DNA of 64,000 nt, from positions 23,359-87,358 of the forward strand of contig JACRMK010000056.1 in assembly GCA_016235055.1 (NCBI GenBank). The letters run 5' to 3'. This DNA is from Chloroflexota bacterium. Its GTDB lineage: Bacteria; Chloroflexota; Anaerolineae; JACRMK01. Both the position numbers and the translations under genes were made by a program. Under the pieces are notes generated by a model. That model did no database searches and was not told the origin of the DNA. It saw only the letters and a program-made list of their open reading frames with translations. Shown here one piece after another: positions 40,065-50,278 of the stretch (position 1 is the stretch's first letter; each line of letters opens with the position of its first letter).

Positions 40065-42610
40065 CCTTCACTCGCACGCGCATGCCCCGAATGGCCGCAT
40101 GGCTTCGCGCCGAATGGCGCGACCACCGCCTGTTGTACCTGGCGTGGCTGATCTGGTTCGTCGCGTTCGCCCTGCTGGTGCGCTCCACGCTGGGCGGCCC
40201 GGACGGTACCCGCTACCTTGCTTACCTGCGCTCGCTCGTCTTCGACCGCGACCTGATTCTCACGAACGAGTTGGAACGCTTCGGTCAGCGCGTCATCATC
40301 ACCGCGACCGGCTACAGCGCACAGATCGCCAACGTCGGTATCATCCCATTCTGGCTGCCGTTCTACCTCATGGGCGTCGTCTCGGCCTGGCTCGCTGGCG
40401 ATGTCGGGTCGGGGCTGGCGTCCAACTACCAGCTCTGGCTTGATTTCGGGGATTGGCTGTACGGCCTGCTCGCCATACTGGTCATGGTTCGCTGGTTGCG
40501 CACCCGCTCGTCGGCTGGAATCGCTACGTTCGCCGTACTATTGGCCGTGCTGGGCTCCTCGTACATCTACTACATGACGGCGCTGGCGCCCAGCTACCAC
40601 ATGACGACCGCCCTGCTGTGCGCCATCTTCATCGCCATCTGGGACCGCACGCGCGGTAACCGCTCACTCGCGCAGTGGCTCGCGCTCGGCCTGCTGGCCG
40701 GGACAGCCATGAGCATCGCCCAGTACCACGCACTGCTGCTCGTCTTCCCGGCGCTCGAAACGCTTGCAGGCGCCATCGCGATCGGTCACGAGTGGCGAGT
40801 GTCCGAATTACGCCATGTCGGGTCATTGCTGCGTCAGGTCACGCCACGCCGAATCGCCGCCGGACTCGCCCTAGTGATAGGCCTCATGCTGCCGCTTGCG
40901 CCGCAATTCGTCGCCTGGGGCATCATCTTCGGCAACCCGTTCGCCAACCCGTACACGATCGACGCCAACTGGAACGCGGCGCATTTCTCGGACGTCCTGT
41001 TCTCCTCGTACCACGGCCTGTTCTTCACCGCGCCGCTGCTGTTGCTGGCCTGTCTCGGCTGGTTCGTCGGACTCCGCCGCGACTGGCCGCTCTACGGCGG
41101 CGCGCTCCTCTTTCTGGCCGGCATCACCTACAGCAGCGCCACGCGTATCGGGTTCTGGGGCGGCGTTTCATTCGGCATGCGCTACGCCATTGGCTTGACG
41201 CCCTTGTTTGCGCTCGGTCTATGCGTCTGGCTGGCGACCGTCCGCACGCGGCCACTGCACCTCGCCATCGCCGCGATCGGAGTGACGTGCGTGCTCTGGA
41301 CATACGGCTACTTCCTGCAAGCCTTTTTCGGACCGGCGTCGTTCTCGGAATACCATGCCGCCGCGCAGTGGTTAGCCAACCAGTGGCAGATCATCCGTGA
41401 CCCGTGGCCGTTCCTGACACGTCAGTTTCTGCTTCCGCGCTCGCCGACCCTGATGGCCAACCTGGCTGGCCTCGCGCTGATATCACTCGTCATCTGGCGC
41501 GCCGGTGCGGCGCTCATCGCCGCGCCGCGCCGCGCGGCCTCCGGCGTGCTTGTACTGGCGGTGGTGCCGCTCGTCTTCGCTGCCGGCCTGCTTGCGACCG
41601 TGCCTAATAACGAGGCGCGCATGGCTGTCCTGCGCGCCAACGGGTACTACGCCAAGAACTCCAATCGCGGTGAGTTTGACTGGGAACAGTTCAGCAACGA
41701 GTACGTCGAGCGCGCGCGTTATTACGACGCCATCGGCCAGCACACGTTGGCTATGCGTGACATCGCCCGCGCCTTCGAGATCTGGCCCAACAAATCACGC
41801 GTCCTGTCGAGCGGCGATGTGACGGGCCGGTTCCGTCCGGTCGGCATCACGTTCGGTGACGAAGTGGAATTGGTCGCCTATCAGACACAGCCCGACGTCA
41901 TTACGGCGGGACAACCGCTTACAGTTACCTTGCTCTGGCGCGCAGGTAAGCGACTGCCGTCCGATTACGACTCCGGCGTGCTGCTGATCGACGCGAATGG
42001 GCAGGTCAGCCAGCGCTCTCCAAGCGGACAAGGCGACGACGCATTTCCGGCCAGTTGGTGGCTGCCGGGCACGCTCATAGCCGACCGGCAGGTCATCGAT
42101 GTGTCAGCGGTCGCGCCGGCCACATTGCTAAAGCTGCGCGCTGAACTTTTCGATCCGTTCGCCAACAAGCGGCTCGCGGCACCCGCCAACGGAGTCTTTG
42201 CGGAAATCAAGCGCCCGCCGCTGCCCGGTGGACCAGCCAGCGTGGTCGGCACCCTGGGTGGCGCCGTGTCACTGATCGGCTCCCAATTCGCCCGCACGGC
42301 ATCCGGCGCGACGCTGGCCGTGACCTGGCGCGCCGACGCGCCACTGGAGCGCGACTACACGGTCTTTGTACATCTGCTGGACGCCCAGAACGCCATTATC
42401 GCACAGCACGACGCCCAGCCGCTCAAAGGCCGCTATCCGACGCATGCGTGGGCGCCCGGTGACGTTATTAACGAGACGTACGACTTTGCACTGACGCCTA
42501 CCCAGCAGGAGCGCGTGCAGAGCGCCGTGGTCGGCCTGTACACGCTATCCGACGGGCGTCGCCTGCCGGCGTCCGGCGGCGGCGATTTACTACGCATTCC
42601 GCTGCGCTAA
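40061..42610 (+). CDS. GT-C-fold membrane glycosyltransferase with TPR-like and Ig-like extracellular domains
   Basis: DG..Y..YLRSL.FD.DL, LFS..HGLF, W.GG.SFG.RY; Chloroflexota-type YTVFVHLLD...QHD..P..G.YPT..W.PG domain. Confidence 0.82.
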   Translation: MTFTRTRMPRMAAWLRAEWRDHRLLYLAWLIWFVAFALLVRSTLGGPDGTRYLAYLRSLVFDRDLILTNELERFGQRVIITATGYSAQIANVGIIPFWLPFYLMGVVSAWLAGDVGSGLASNYQLWLDFGDWLYGLLAILVMVRWLRTRSSAGIATFAVLLAVLGSSYIYYMTALAPSYHMTTALLCAIFIAIWDRTRGNRSLAQWLALGLLAGTAMSIAQYHALLLVFPALETLAGAIAIGHEWRVSELRHVGSLLRQVTPRRIAAGLALVIGLMLPLAPQFVAWGIIFGNPFANPYTIDANWNAAHFSDVLFSSYHGLFFTAPLLLLACLGWFVGLRRDWPLYGGALLFLAGITYSSATRIGFWGGVSFGMRYAIGLTPLFALGLCVWLATVRTRPLHLAIAAIGVTCVLWTYGYFLQAFFGPASFSEYHAAAQWLANQWQIIRDPWPFLTRQFLLPRSPTLMANLAGLALISLVIWRAGAALIAAPRRAASGVLVLAVVPLVFAAGLLATVPNNEARMAVLRANGYYAKNSNRGEFDWEQFSNEYVERARYYDAIGQHTLAMRDIARAFEIWPNKSRVLSSGDVTGRFRPVGITFGDEVELVAYQTQPDVITAGQPLTVTLLWRAGKRLPSDYDSGVLLIDANGQVSQRSPSGQGDDAFPASWWLPGTLIADRQVIDVSAVAPATLLKLRAELFDPFANKRLAAPANGVFAEIKRPPLPGGPASVVGTLGGAVSLIGSQFARTASGATLAVTWRADAPLERDYTVFVHLLDAQNAIIAQHDAQPLKGRYPTHAWAPGDVINETYDFALTPTQQERVQSAVVGLYTLSDGRRLPASGGGDLLRIPLR

Positions 42611-42628
42611 TTCGCATGGGAGCCCCCT

Positions 42629-43600
42629 GTGAAACGCTACGAACTAATCACTTTCGGCGAAAATATGATCCGCCTTTCGACGCGCGACTACGAGCGGCTG
42701 GAACAGGCGCAGACGCTCGACGTCCGCCACGGCGGCACCGAAGCCAATGTCGCCGTGGGACTGGCGCGGCTGGGGCATCGCACCGCCTGGTTGTCGCGCC
42801 TGGGCGACAATGCGCTCGGACACCGGATCGAGCGCGACATTGCATCATGGGGCACGGACACCAGCCGAGTGATCTGGGCGCCCGACGAGCGCGTTGGCGT
42901 ATTCTTTCTCGAAGTAGGGGCAGGCGCGCGGGGGTCGTCGGTGCTTTATGATCGTCGCGACTCCAGCATGAGCCGCATGGGCGTCGAGACGTTCCCGTGG
43001 GAATGGCTTGCGGAGGCCGGGTGGCTGCATCTCACCGGCATCACGACGGCGATTAGCAGCAGCTGCGAGGAACTGGTGCGCGAGACGCAGCGACGCGCGC
43101 ACGAAGCCGGATTGACCGTGTCGTACGACGTGAACTACCGGGCCAAGCTCTGGACGCCGGAACGAGCGCGCGAGGTCGTCAGCCCGCTCTGCCGCGACGC
43201 CGACATCATGTTCATGAAGCATTCCGATGTGGAGCGCGTCTTCGGCATTCGCGAGGCTACCGCCGAGGATGACCTGCGCGCGCTGGCATCCCGCTTTGCG
43301 CGCAAAGTCGTGGTGATGACAGCGGGCGCGGACGGCGCGCTGGCGTTCGACCAGCAGAGCGGGCAGATCGCACGTGCCCCGGCCCACCCGCTGACGCACG
43401 TGGTCGATCGCGTCGGCGCCGGCGATGCGTTCGCGGCCGGATTCATCGCGGGTTATCTGGAGACCGGCATCGAATGCGGTCTGCGCATGGGCAACGCGAT
43501 GGCGGCGCTCAAAATGACCATTCAGGGCGACTACGCGCTCGTGTCGCGCGCCGAGGTTGACGGCCTGCTGGCCGGCAGGTCCGGCGGCATCAGCCGCTGA
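42629..43600 (+). CDS. PfkB sugar kinase (KdgK-like)
   Basis: FGE.MIRL, GG.EANVA, H.TGIT, DVNYR.KLW, DRVGAGDAF. Confidence 0.93.
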   Translation: MKRYELITFGENMIRLSTRDYERLEQAQTLDVRHGGTEANVAVGLARLGHRTAWLSRLGDNALGHRIERDIASWGTDTSRVIWAPDERVGVFFLEVGAGARGSSVLYDRRDSSMSRMGVETFPWEWLAEAGWLHLTGITTAISSSCEELVRETQRRAHEAGLTVSYDVNYRAKLWTPERAREVVSPLCRDADIMFMKHSDVERVFGIREATAEDDLRALASRFARKVVVMTAGADGALAFDQQSGQIARAPAHPLTHVVDRVGAGDAFAAGFIAGYLETGIECGLRMGNAMAALKMTIQGDYALVSRAEVDGLLAGRSGGISR

Positions 43601-43604
43601 ACCG

Positions 43605-43892
43605 CAGCAATTCTCATTTTGGAGTCGGCTGCCAATATGCCCCCTCATCCCCTGCCCCTTCTCCCCCCGCGCGCGCGGGAGAAGGGGAAAAGCTAACGGG
43701 GAGGTGCGCGGCGGCTGCGCCGCCGCGCACCTCCCCTAAGAATCTCGCCCCCTCCAACGAAGTTGGGAGGGGGTCGGGGGAAGGGCAGCGCCACGTTTTC
43801 AGCGGGCCAGCTTGCGTGACAAGCGCCTGAGAGCCAGCGCATCGCAAGCGGCATTGGAAAGTACCCGTACAAAGCCAAATTGAGAATTGCTG
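43605..43892 (+). mobile_element. MITE family A, copy 3 (288 bp)
   Basis: Same TIRs; 9-bp duplication GCTGAACCG at 43596-43604 and 43893-43901, which includes the kinase stop codon. Confidence 0.95.
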
Positions 43893-43914
43893 GCTGAACC
43901 GTCGTCGCATTGAC

Positions 43915-43950
43915 AAGAAAAGGCCACCATGGTGTGCATGGTGGCCTTTC
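43915..43950. terminator. Probable bidirectional terminator between convergent genes
   Basis: AAAGGCCACCATG/CATGGTGGCCTTT. Confidence 0.8.
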
Positions 43951-43967
43951 GTGGCTGCGGAGTTGCG

Positions 43968-44273
43968 CTACTTCTTCTTCGCCTTCTTGCCGCCGTTCGG
44001 GCCGAGGATGGCATCCTTGGCCGCCTTCGCCACGCGGAACTTCACGACCTTCTTCGCGGCGATCTGGATCGTCTCGCCGGTCGCGGGGTTGCGGCCCACG
44101 CGGGCGGCGCGATCCTGCATCACCAGCTTGCCCAGGCCGGGCAGCGTGAAGGTGTTCTTGGCTTCCTTGTAGGCAAGCGCGGCGAGCGCCTCGAGGAACT
44201 GCGCGCTCTGCTTCTTGCTGATGCCGGTGACTTCCGCAAGCTTGGACGTGATCTGACTCTTCGTCATTGCCAT
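43968..44273 (-). CDS. hup: HU family DNA-binding protein
   Basis: MTKSQ, GLGKL, AARVGRNPATGETIQI.AK; Lys-rich tail. Confidence 0.95.
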   Translation of the reverse strand: MAMTKSQITSKLAEVTGISKKQSAQFLEALAALAYKEAKNTFTLPGLGKLVMQDRAARVGRNPATGETIQIAAKKVVKFRVAKAAKDAILGPNGGKKAKKK

Positions 44274-44312
44274 AGATCATTCTCCTTGTGAAAATGTTGG
44301 ATTTCTGGCCTA

Positions 44313-44341
44313 ATTCTAGTGGTTTTTCAAAATGGAGTCAA
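44313..44341 (-). promoter_or_regulatory. Sigma70-type promoter of HU
   Basis: TTGACT-17 bp-TAGAAT. Confidence 0.75.
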
Positions 44342-45084
44342 GAGCGCCTGCATATTCGCCCTAAGTTGACAATTCCACATCCCAATACTACTACATATAG
44401 ACTCTGTGTCATGCGCAGGCCCCAGATGTAGATGCTTGGATCCCCGCGTGAGGCATCGATGAAAAGCATTCCGGCCGAATACATGCTTAGCGCAAATGCG
44501 GCCACGCTACCCGCGCGCCGCTCGGCGCCCCGTGCAATGATCGATGCAAGCGCACACAGCGCGGCCCAACCGGCGGCCCACAATTGCGTGGGCCAACGCG
44601 CCAAGACCACACCATAGTTGTCGCGCAATTCAAGCGCAATGTTGCTGTCGCTCGGCGCGCCATACTGGCTGCCATGCAGAAACGCGCCAACCCATGCCAT
44701 TGTGGCCAGTGTGAGCGTGGGCAGCACGGCGAGATCGAGAAGCTCGGCGACACATTCGCCGCGCCGCCGTCCCCACAGCCACAATCCGAGCACCGCCCCA
44801 CCGCTAACGCCGACGAGGCCCAACCCGCCGTCAGCAAACCAGACCATCTGCGCGGGACGCTCGACAAAGTAATCCAGGTTGGTTGCAATGTGAACGATAC
44901 GGCCGCAGCAGAGCGCAGGGAACGTCATCCATGCCGCCAGTTCAACAGCGTCTTGCGGCGAGCGCCCGGCGCGCCGCCATGCCGGCATTCCGGCAAGTAT
45001 GCCGGCCGCCATGCCACCCACGACCAGTGTCGTGAACGAAAAAAACGGAATGCCCGCGAGTTTGAACAGGAACAGCGGCTGCAT
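44338..45084 (-). CDS. Divergent Lgt (prolipoprotein diacylglyceryl transferase) family protein
   Basis: M.P.LF..., GRI.H, DGGL, FLHG.QYG.P, R.PTQL, SRGD, TQ. Several motifs are degenerate. Confidence 0.75.
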   Translation of the reverse strand: MQPLFLFKLAGIPFFSFTTLVVGGMAAGILAGMPAWRRAGRSPQDAVELAAWMTFPALCCGRIVHIATNLDYFVERPAQMVWFADGGLGLVGVSGGAVLGLWLWGRRRGECVAELLDLAVLPTLTLATMAWVGAFLHGSQYGAPSDSNIALELRDNYGVVLARWPTQLWAAGWAALCALASIIARGAERRAGSVAAFALSMYSAGMLFIDASRGDPSIYIWGLRMTQSLYVVVLGCGIVNLGRICRRS

Positions 45085-45090
45085 CCGGCC

Positions 45091-47598
45091 TCACGGACCT
45101 TTCAACTCATCGACAATCGATGCGAACACCAATCCCAGCGCGTGCGACTCCTCTTCGCTGGTGGATTCCGCGTAAATGTTGCACGTCGGGCTGTCAGGGT
45201 CCGGATGCACCAGCGCCCATGCTTCGCCCATGTCGATCCGGATGCCGTCGATCTGCTCGATCCGGTACGACTGGTACTCCTCGAGCAACCGCCGCATTAA
45301 TCGCCCGCGCGCCTCCCACGGGCAGTGCACCGACTTGTGCACGACATGGTGCGGCGGCAGCGCCGCCAGCGTATCCGCGAGGGTCGTATCGTGCACCGCC
45401 AGCAGTTCCATGAACTTTGCGGCGGCAAACATGCCGTCGATGGCGTGATGGAATGCCGGGAACACGAAGTGCCCCAGCCCGTCGGCCGCCAGCATCACAT
45501 CGGGTTGGGTGGACGCGAGCATCAGCGACGTCGGATCCATCCGGCTGCGAATCACCTGCATGTCGTGCTGCGCCGCGACGCGCTCCGCCGCCATCGACGC
45601 ATTGGCCGGCACCACCAACCGCTGACCGCGCGCCGCGCCGCGCAGGCTCAGATCGATCAGCGTCAACGCAAAGTCGCTGTCGCTAATCCGTTCGCCCCGG
45701 CCATCAATCATGAAAATACGCTCGCCGCTCACGTCGAAGCGCACGCCGAAATCCGCGCCGGTCGCGCCGGTGATGCGCGCCAGCCGCGTCAGGTCGCGGT
45801 CAAGCTCCGGGCGTGTGATCGACATGCGTTCCGGATCCAGGTAGCTGTTCAGCGTCACCACGTCGCAGCCCAGATGCTCGAACAGCGGCGGCAGCACCAG
45901 GCTCACCGGCGCATGCGCGTAATCCACGACGAGACTGAAGCGACGCGTGCGAATCGCCTGCGTGTCGATTGAGTCCATGAAGCGCCGGCCATACTGCGTG
46001 ATCACATCCGGCGCGCTGTTGATGTACCCGATATCATCCTGGTGCACGCGGCGGAAATCCTCGCGGAAGAATGCGCGCTCGATCGCCCGCTCGGTGGCAT
46101 GGTTGATCGTCAGCCCGTCTTTGTCAAAGAACTTGATGTCCACCACGCGGCGCTGGTAAGGCGACACGCGCACGTGCACGCCGCCGGCCGCGCCGGACGC
46201 GCGTGTGAAGAAGCGCGCCACCGGCACCGGCACGTTCTCGATATCGACCGCATTGACGCCGACCGACGGCAGCCCCGCGATGATCGCGCGCTTGAGCATC
46301 CGCGACGTCCGGTTCAGGTCGCGATTGACCGTCACCACGGCGCCCGTGGGATGCATGGCGCCGAACGCCGCCCCCAGCCGCGCCGCAAACTCGGGCGTCA
46401 GGTCGACGTTGACGACGCCGGTCACGCCGTAGCGCCCGAAAATGACGCGTCGCGCCTGCGAGCCCCAGATGATGGACGATTTGACGATCGCGCCTGGCTC
46501 CACCTCTTTGCCCGGCCACAACCGCACGTTGGCGTGGATGATGGCGTGCTCGCCCAGTACGCAGCCATCGCCCAGCACGGAGCCTTCGAACAGTACGGCA
46601 TTGGCCTTCAACCGGCACTGGCGACAGACCACCGCGCCGCGCACCTCCGCGCCTTCGCCGACATAGGTATTGCGCCAGATGATCGAGCGATCGACCCGCG
46701 CGTGCGAGTCGATGACGGTATCTTCGCCAATCACGGCGGGGCCATGAATGATCGCGCCATCTTTGACATTGGCGCCGCGCCCCAGAAACACCGGCCCGTA
46801 CAACTGCGCGTCGTGCGCTATCTCAACGTCATCCGCCGCCCAGATGCCGTCGCCCAGGTGCCGCCCCGGTATCGGCAACTTGATGCGACCGGCGAGATAG
46901 TCGGCATTGGCCTGAGCGTAGGTGATATGATCGCCGATGTCACACCAGTAGCCATCGGACACAAAGCCATACATGGGCCGGTCTTGCTCCAACATGATCG
47001 GGAACAGGTCCTGACTGAAGTCGAACGCCTTCTCCGGCGGTACCAGCGTCAACACGTCGGGGTCGATGACGTAGATCCCCATATTGACCGTGTCGCTCAT
47101 CACCTCGCCCCAGGTCGGCTTCTCGACAAACTGGCGAATGCGCCCATCGGGGTCGGTGATGACCACGCCGTAGTCGACCGGGTGCTGGACGCGGCTGAGG
47201 GCGACCGTCAGCGCGGATCCCTTTTCCTTGTGGAATGCCACCAGCCGGCTGAGATCGATGTCGGTGAGCGCGTCGCCGCTGATGACGAGGAATGGCTCCT
47301 CCAGCAGTTCCAGCGCCTGCCGGACCGAGCCGGCGGTGCCCAGCGGCGATTCTTCGATGAAGTAGTGAATGCGAAGGCCGAAGGCCTCGCCATCCCCGAA
47401 GTAGTTCTGGATGACGGAGGCCATGTACTGCAGGGTGATGACAACCTCCTCGACGCCGTGGCGCTTCAACAGGTCGAGGATGTGCTCCAGCACCGGTTTC
47501 TCGAGGATCGGCACCATCGGCTTGGGCCGCCCGATGGTCAACGGGCGCAAGCGCGACCCGGCTCCCCCAGCCATCACGACTGCTTTCATGCCGCTCAC
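45091..47598 (-). CDS. Mannose-1-phosphate guanylyltransferase / LbH / phosphomannomutase-like fusion
   Basis: [32 protein letters not shown], hexapeptide repeats, PGM/PMM domains. Start may be 47589. Confidence 0.93.
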   Translation of the reverse strand: MSGMKAVVMAGGAGSRLRPLTIGRPKPMVPILEKPVLEHILDLLKRHGVEEVVITLQYMASVIQNYFGDGEAFGLRIHYFIEESPLGTAGSVRQALELLEEPFLVISGDALTDIDLSRLVAFHKEKGSALTVALSRVQHPVDYGVVITDPDGRIRQFVEKPTWGEVMSDTVNMGIYVIDPDVLTLVPPEKAFDFSQDLFPIMLEQDRPMYGFVSDGYWCDIGDHITYAQANADYLAGRIKLPIPGRHLGDGIWAADDVEIAHDAQLYGPVFLGRGANVKDGAIIHGPAVIGEDTVIDSHARVDRSIIWRNTYVGEGAEVRGAVVCRQCRLKANAVLFEGSVLGDGCVLGEHAIIHANVRLWPGKEVEPGAIVKSSIIWGSQARRVIFGRYGVTGVVNVDLTPEFAARLGAAFGAMHPTGAVVTVNRDLNRTSRMLKRAIIAGLPSVGVNAVDIENVPVPVARFFTRASGAAGGVHVRVSPYQRRVVDIKFFDKDGLTINHATERAIERAFFREDFRRVHQDDIGYINSAPDVITQYGRRFMDSIDTQAIRTRRFSLVVDYAHAPVSLVLPPLFEHLGCDVVTLNSYLDPERMSITRPELDRDLTRLARITGATGADFGVRFDVSGERIFMIDGRGERISDSDFALTLIDLSLRGAARGQRLVVPANASMAAERVAAQHDMQVIRSRMDPTSLMLASTQPDVMLAADGLGHFVFPAFHHAIDGMFAAAKFMELLAVHDTTLADTLAALPPHHVVHKSVHCPWEARGRLMRRLLEEYQSYRIEQIDGIRIDMGEAWALVHPDPDSPTCNIYAESTSEEESHALGLVFASIVDELKGP

Positions 47599-47690
47599 CT
47601 GTGTGCCCGTGACCTCGCGCGCGCCGGAGGTGGCACACGCGTCGATTGACCTGCGCTAATTATAGCCGATACGGGGACCGGACGCCACGG

Positions 47691-48392
47691 CTACCAGGCG
47701 ATCGGCTGCCGGTCGCGGAAGAACCTGCCCGACGGCCCATCATCCGGCAGGAGCGCCAGCCAGACGATCGTGTCGGCGCCGGTCGCCACGTCGCGCGGCG
47801 CATCCGCCCCGCCCATATCCGTGCGTACCCAGCCGGGGCAGGCGGCATTCACTTTGATGTTGGTGCCTTCCAGTTCGTTCGCCATCATGCGCGTCAGACT
47901 GTTCAGCGCAGTCTTCGAAAGCCGGTAGCCCGCGCTGCCGCCGCCCATCTCGTCGAACGCCCCCATGCCCGACGACACATTGACTACTCGGCCGTACTGC
48001 TGCCGCCGCATCAGCGGCATGAACGCCCGGATCGTCTCGTACGCACCGAACAGGTTGACCTCCAGCGTCTGGCGCACCGTGTCGAGCGGCACGTCAAAGG
48101 CGCTCTGGTCCTCGTCGATATAGATCCCCGCGTTGTTGACCAACACATCCAGCCGCCCGTATTGCTGCTCGACGATTTGCCGCGCGGCGGACACGCTCGC
48201 TGCATCGGCGACATCCAGCGGGCAGAACTCCACGTCGCACCCGCTTGCGCGCAGCGCATCCGCGGCCCGCCGACCGTCGGCTGCGCGCCGCGCCCCCAGC
48301 ACGACCTGCAGGCTGTTCGCCGCCAATTGCCGGCAAACTTCGTACCCGATACCCCGGTTGCCGCCCGTCACCAGCGCCACGCGCTTGCTCAT
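47691..48392 (-). CDS. SDR oxidoreductase, carbonyl-reductase-like
   Basis: TGGNRGIG, NNAG, YRLSK, CPGWVRTDMGG. Confidence 0.94.
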   Translation of the reverse strand: MSKRVALVTGGNRGIGYEVCRQLAANSLQVVLGARRAADGRRAADALRASGCDVEFCPLDVADAASVSAARQIVEQQYGRLDVLVNNAGIYIDEDQSAFDVPLDTVRQTLEVNLFGAYETIRAFMPLMRRQQYGRVVNVSSGMGAFDEMGGGSAGYRLSKTALNSLTRMMANELEGTNIKVNAACPGWVRTDMGGADAPRDVATGADTIVWLALLPDDGPSGRFFRDRQPIAW

Positions 48393-48444
48393 GCCGCCTC
48401 CTGTTTGCCTGTCCCGGCGCGGCTCGCACCGTCGACAGATAATG

Positions 48445-48473
48445 AAAAAGCGACCAGATGAGCATCCGGTCGC
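48445..48473 (-). terminator. Terminator of the tRNA transcript
   Basis: Minus strand GCGACCGGATG-CT-CATCTGGTCGC followed by TTTTT. Confidence 0.8.
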
Positions 48474-48484
48474 CTACAGATCAG

Positions 48485-48555
48485 AGCGGGTGAAGGGAGT
48501 CGAACCCTCGCCGCTTGCTTGGGAAGCAAGAGCACTGCCGTTGTGCTACACCCGC
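48485..48555 (-). tRNA. tRNA-Gly(CCC); CCA not encoded
   Basis: Acceptor stem GCGGGTG/CACCCGC, D stem GCAC/GTGC, anticodon arm CTTGC-TTCCCAA-GCAAG, T loop TTCGACT, discriminator U. Confidence 0.96.
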
Positions 48556-48567
48556 AGACTGATTGGT

Positions 48568-48596
48568 ATTATAATGCGCTGGTTGGCGAACGTCAA
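48568..48596 (-). promoter_or_regulatory. Near-consensus sigma70 promoter of tRNA-Gly
   Basis: TTGACG-17 bp-TATAAT. Confidence 0.88.
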
Positions 48597-49063
48597 CTGG
48601 ATCCCGCATCGGGCTCGGCATCGCCGCGGGCACGGCCGATCGCCTGCTTTTCTTCGTTCGACAGCGTATAGGTGGATAGCCACGCGACGAGCGGCTTGGC
48701 AAACACGCGGCTTTCATTGCGGCGGTACAGGCCGTTGATGACGACGCCGTTGCCGTTCGCGTCCGCAATGCAGAGCGCGAAGCTCTGGTCGCCGCCGGTG
48801 TCCTCGAACGGATTGAACCGCACAATGCCGACCCGCTGGAGCGCGGAGGGCAGTTGCGCTTGCACTGCGGCCAGCGCAGCCTGTTCGTCGGAACTGAATT
48901 GCACAGACGCGGCCGGTCGGGTCGCCATGCGCAGCGCCGACTGCAGCCGATCGATCCGGCGGTGCAGAAGCAGTATCCAGAGTTCGAGAATGAGAACCAG
49001 AAACGCCAGCACAATCCACGCTTCGGCAGCGCGGGCCTGAAAAAACGCATTAAGAGCTTCCAC
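48593..49063 (-). CDS. DUF4446 family protein
   Basis: N-terminal TM; VGIVRFNPFEDTGGDQSF, NG.VI, R.FAKP, LS.EE..A. GTG start after GGAGGTG. Confidence 0.88.
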   Translation of the reverse strand: MEALNAFFQARAAEAWIVLAFLVLILELWILLLHRRIDRLQSALRMATRPAASVQFSSDEQAALAAVQAQLPSALQRVGIVRFNPFEDTGGDQSFALCIADANGNGVVINGLYRRNESRVFAKPLVAWLSTYTLSNEEKQAIGRARGDAEPDAGSS

Positions 49064-49164
49064 GCAATGACACCTCCAACGAATTTTGATTGTAGTGGAG
49101 AGCGGTCTGATCGACAACTTGCGAACAACGCGTTGCACGCCAGATCCAATTCGGGCCGGACAGC

Positions 49165-49782
49165 ATGCACACCAAACTCCTGATCGCCACGCACAATCAG
49201 GGCAAGGTACGCGAGTTTGCGCACATCTTTGCCGATCTGCCGCTCACGCTCCTGTCGCTTGACGACGCGGGAGTGACGTGGGAAGTGGAGGAGACGGGCG
49301 CGACGTTCGAGGCCAACGCGCGGCTGAAAGCTGAGGCGTATTGCAGGGCAACCGGCCTGCCGACGCTGGCGGAAGATTCAGGACTGGAGGTCGATGCACT
49401 CGACGGCGCGCCAGGCGTGTATTCGGCCCGCTATGGTGGTCCCGGCCTGACGCCCGTGCAACGCTACGAGTTGCTGCTCGAGCGCATGCGCGCCATCCCG
49501 GCGGGTCAGCGCCAGGCGCGCTTTCGCAGCGTGATTGCGCTGGCCGCGCCCGGCCGGCCGCCGCAGGTCGCGGAGGGCGCGTGCCCCGGCGAGATCGCCG
49601 GCACGCCCCGCGGTGCCGGCGGCTTTGGCTACGACCCGGTCTTCTTCATGCCGGAATTCGGCCGCACGATGGCCGAGCTTTCCCTGGAGGAAAAGAATCG
49701 CGCCAGCCATCGTGCCCGCGCCGCCCGGGCCGCCCACGACAAGCTGCGCGCAATGCTCGACGCCGCTAACCCCGCTCAATGA
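49165..49782 (+). CDS. rdgB: Non-canonical purine NTP pyrophosphatase (RdgB/HAM1)
   Basis: ATHNQGK, EETGATF..NA..KA, DSGL.V, PGVYSARY, GFGYDP.F, SHR. Confidence 0.96.
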   Translation: MHTKLLIATHNQGKVREFAHIFADLPLTLLSLDDAGVTWEVEETGATFEANARLKAEAYCRATGLPTLAEDSGLEVDALDGAPGVYSARYGGPGLTPVQRYELLLERMRAIPAGQRQARFRSVIALAAPGRPPQVAEGACPGEIAGTPRGAGGFGYDPVFFMPEFGRTMAELSLEEKNRASHRARAARAAHDKLRAMLDAANPAQ

Positions 49783-50266
49783 GCGCGCGCATGCGCGCCG
49801 ACTGGCAGTGGCAGAGCGCCACGGCCAGCGCGTCCGCTGCGTCGTCCGGATGCGGTGTATGATCGAGTTGCAGCACCATGCGCACCATCTGCTGCACCTG
49901 GTCTTTGGTCGCCCGCCCGTAACCGACCAGCGCCTGCTTCACCTCGAGCGGCGTATATTCGTGCACCGGCACGCCCGCCATCGCAGCCGCCAGCAGCAGG
50001 ACGCCGCGCGCCTGGCCGACCGACAGCGCCGTGGTGACGTTGCGGTTGAAGAATAGTTTCTCGACCGCGACCACCGCTACCTGCTCGCTCTTCATCAGGT
50101 CGGCGGCGCCCAGGAAAATGAGCCTCAACCGCTCGGGCATCGGCATCTCCGGCGGCGTGATGATGGCGCCATAACGCAGCAGGCGCGGGTTGTCGCCCTC
50201 GCCCTCCACCACACCGTATCCGGTGGTCGCCGTGCCCGGGTCGAGGCCCAGCACACGCAGGCTCAT
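49766..50266 (-). CDS. ruvC: Holliday junction resolvase RuvC
   Basis: LGLDPG, VEKLFF, QARGV, EYTP.EVK, DDAADALAVA. Confidence 0.97.
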   Translation of the reverse strand: MSLRVLGLDPGTATTGYGVVEGEGDNPRLLRYGAIITPPEMPMPERLRLIFLGAADLMKSEQVAVVAVEKLFFNRNVTTALSVGQARGVLLLAAAMAGVPVHEYTPLEVKQALVGYGRATKDQVQQMVRMVLQLDHTPHPDDAADALAVALCHCQSARMRALIERG

Positions 50267-50278
50267 GGCCGCCAGGCT

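Noticed and set aside
45091..46450. Degenerate PMM motifs (RVSP, FDVSGER) as a novelty
   Set aside because: To my knowledge this degeneracy is common in this fusion family, so it was not treated as new.
46042..47649. Long antisense ORFs (also 17320-18759, 22454-23950 and 62251-63867)
   Set aside because: They are shadows of well-supported genes on the opposite strand and carry no recognisable motifs.
48400..48555. Genomic island integrated at tRNA-Gly
   Set aside because: No integrase was seen and no duplicate of the tRNA 3' end was found in the window.
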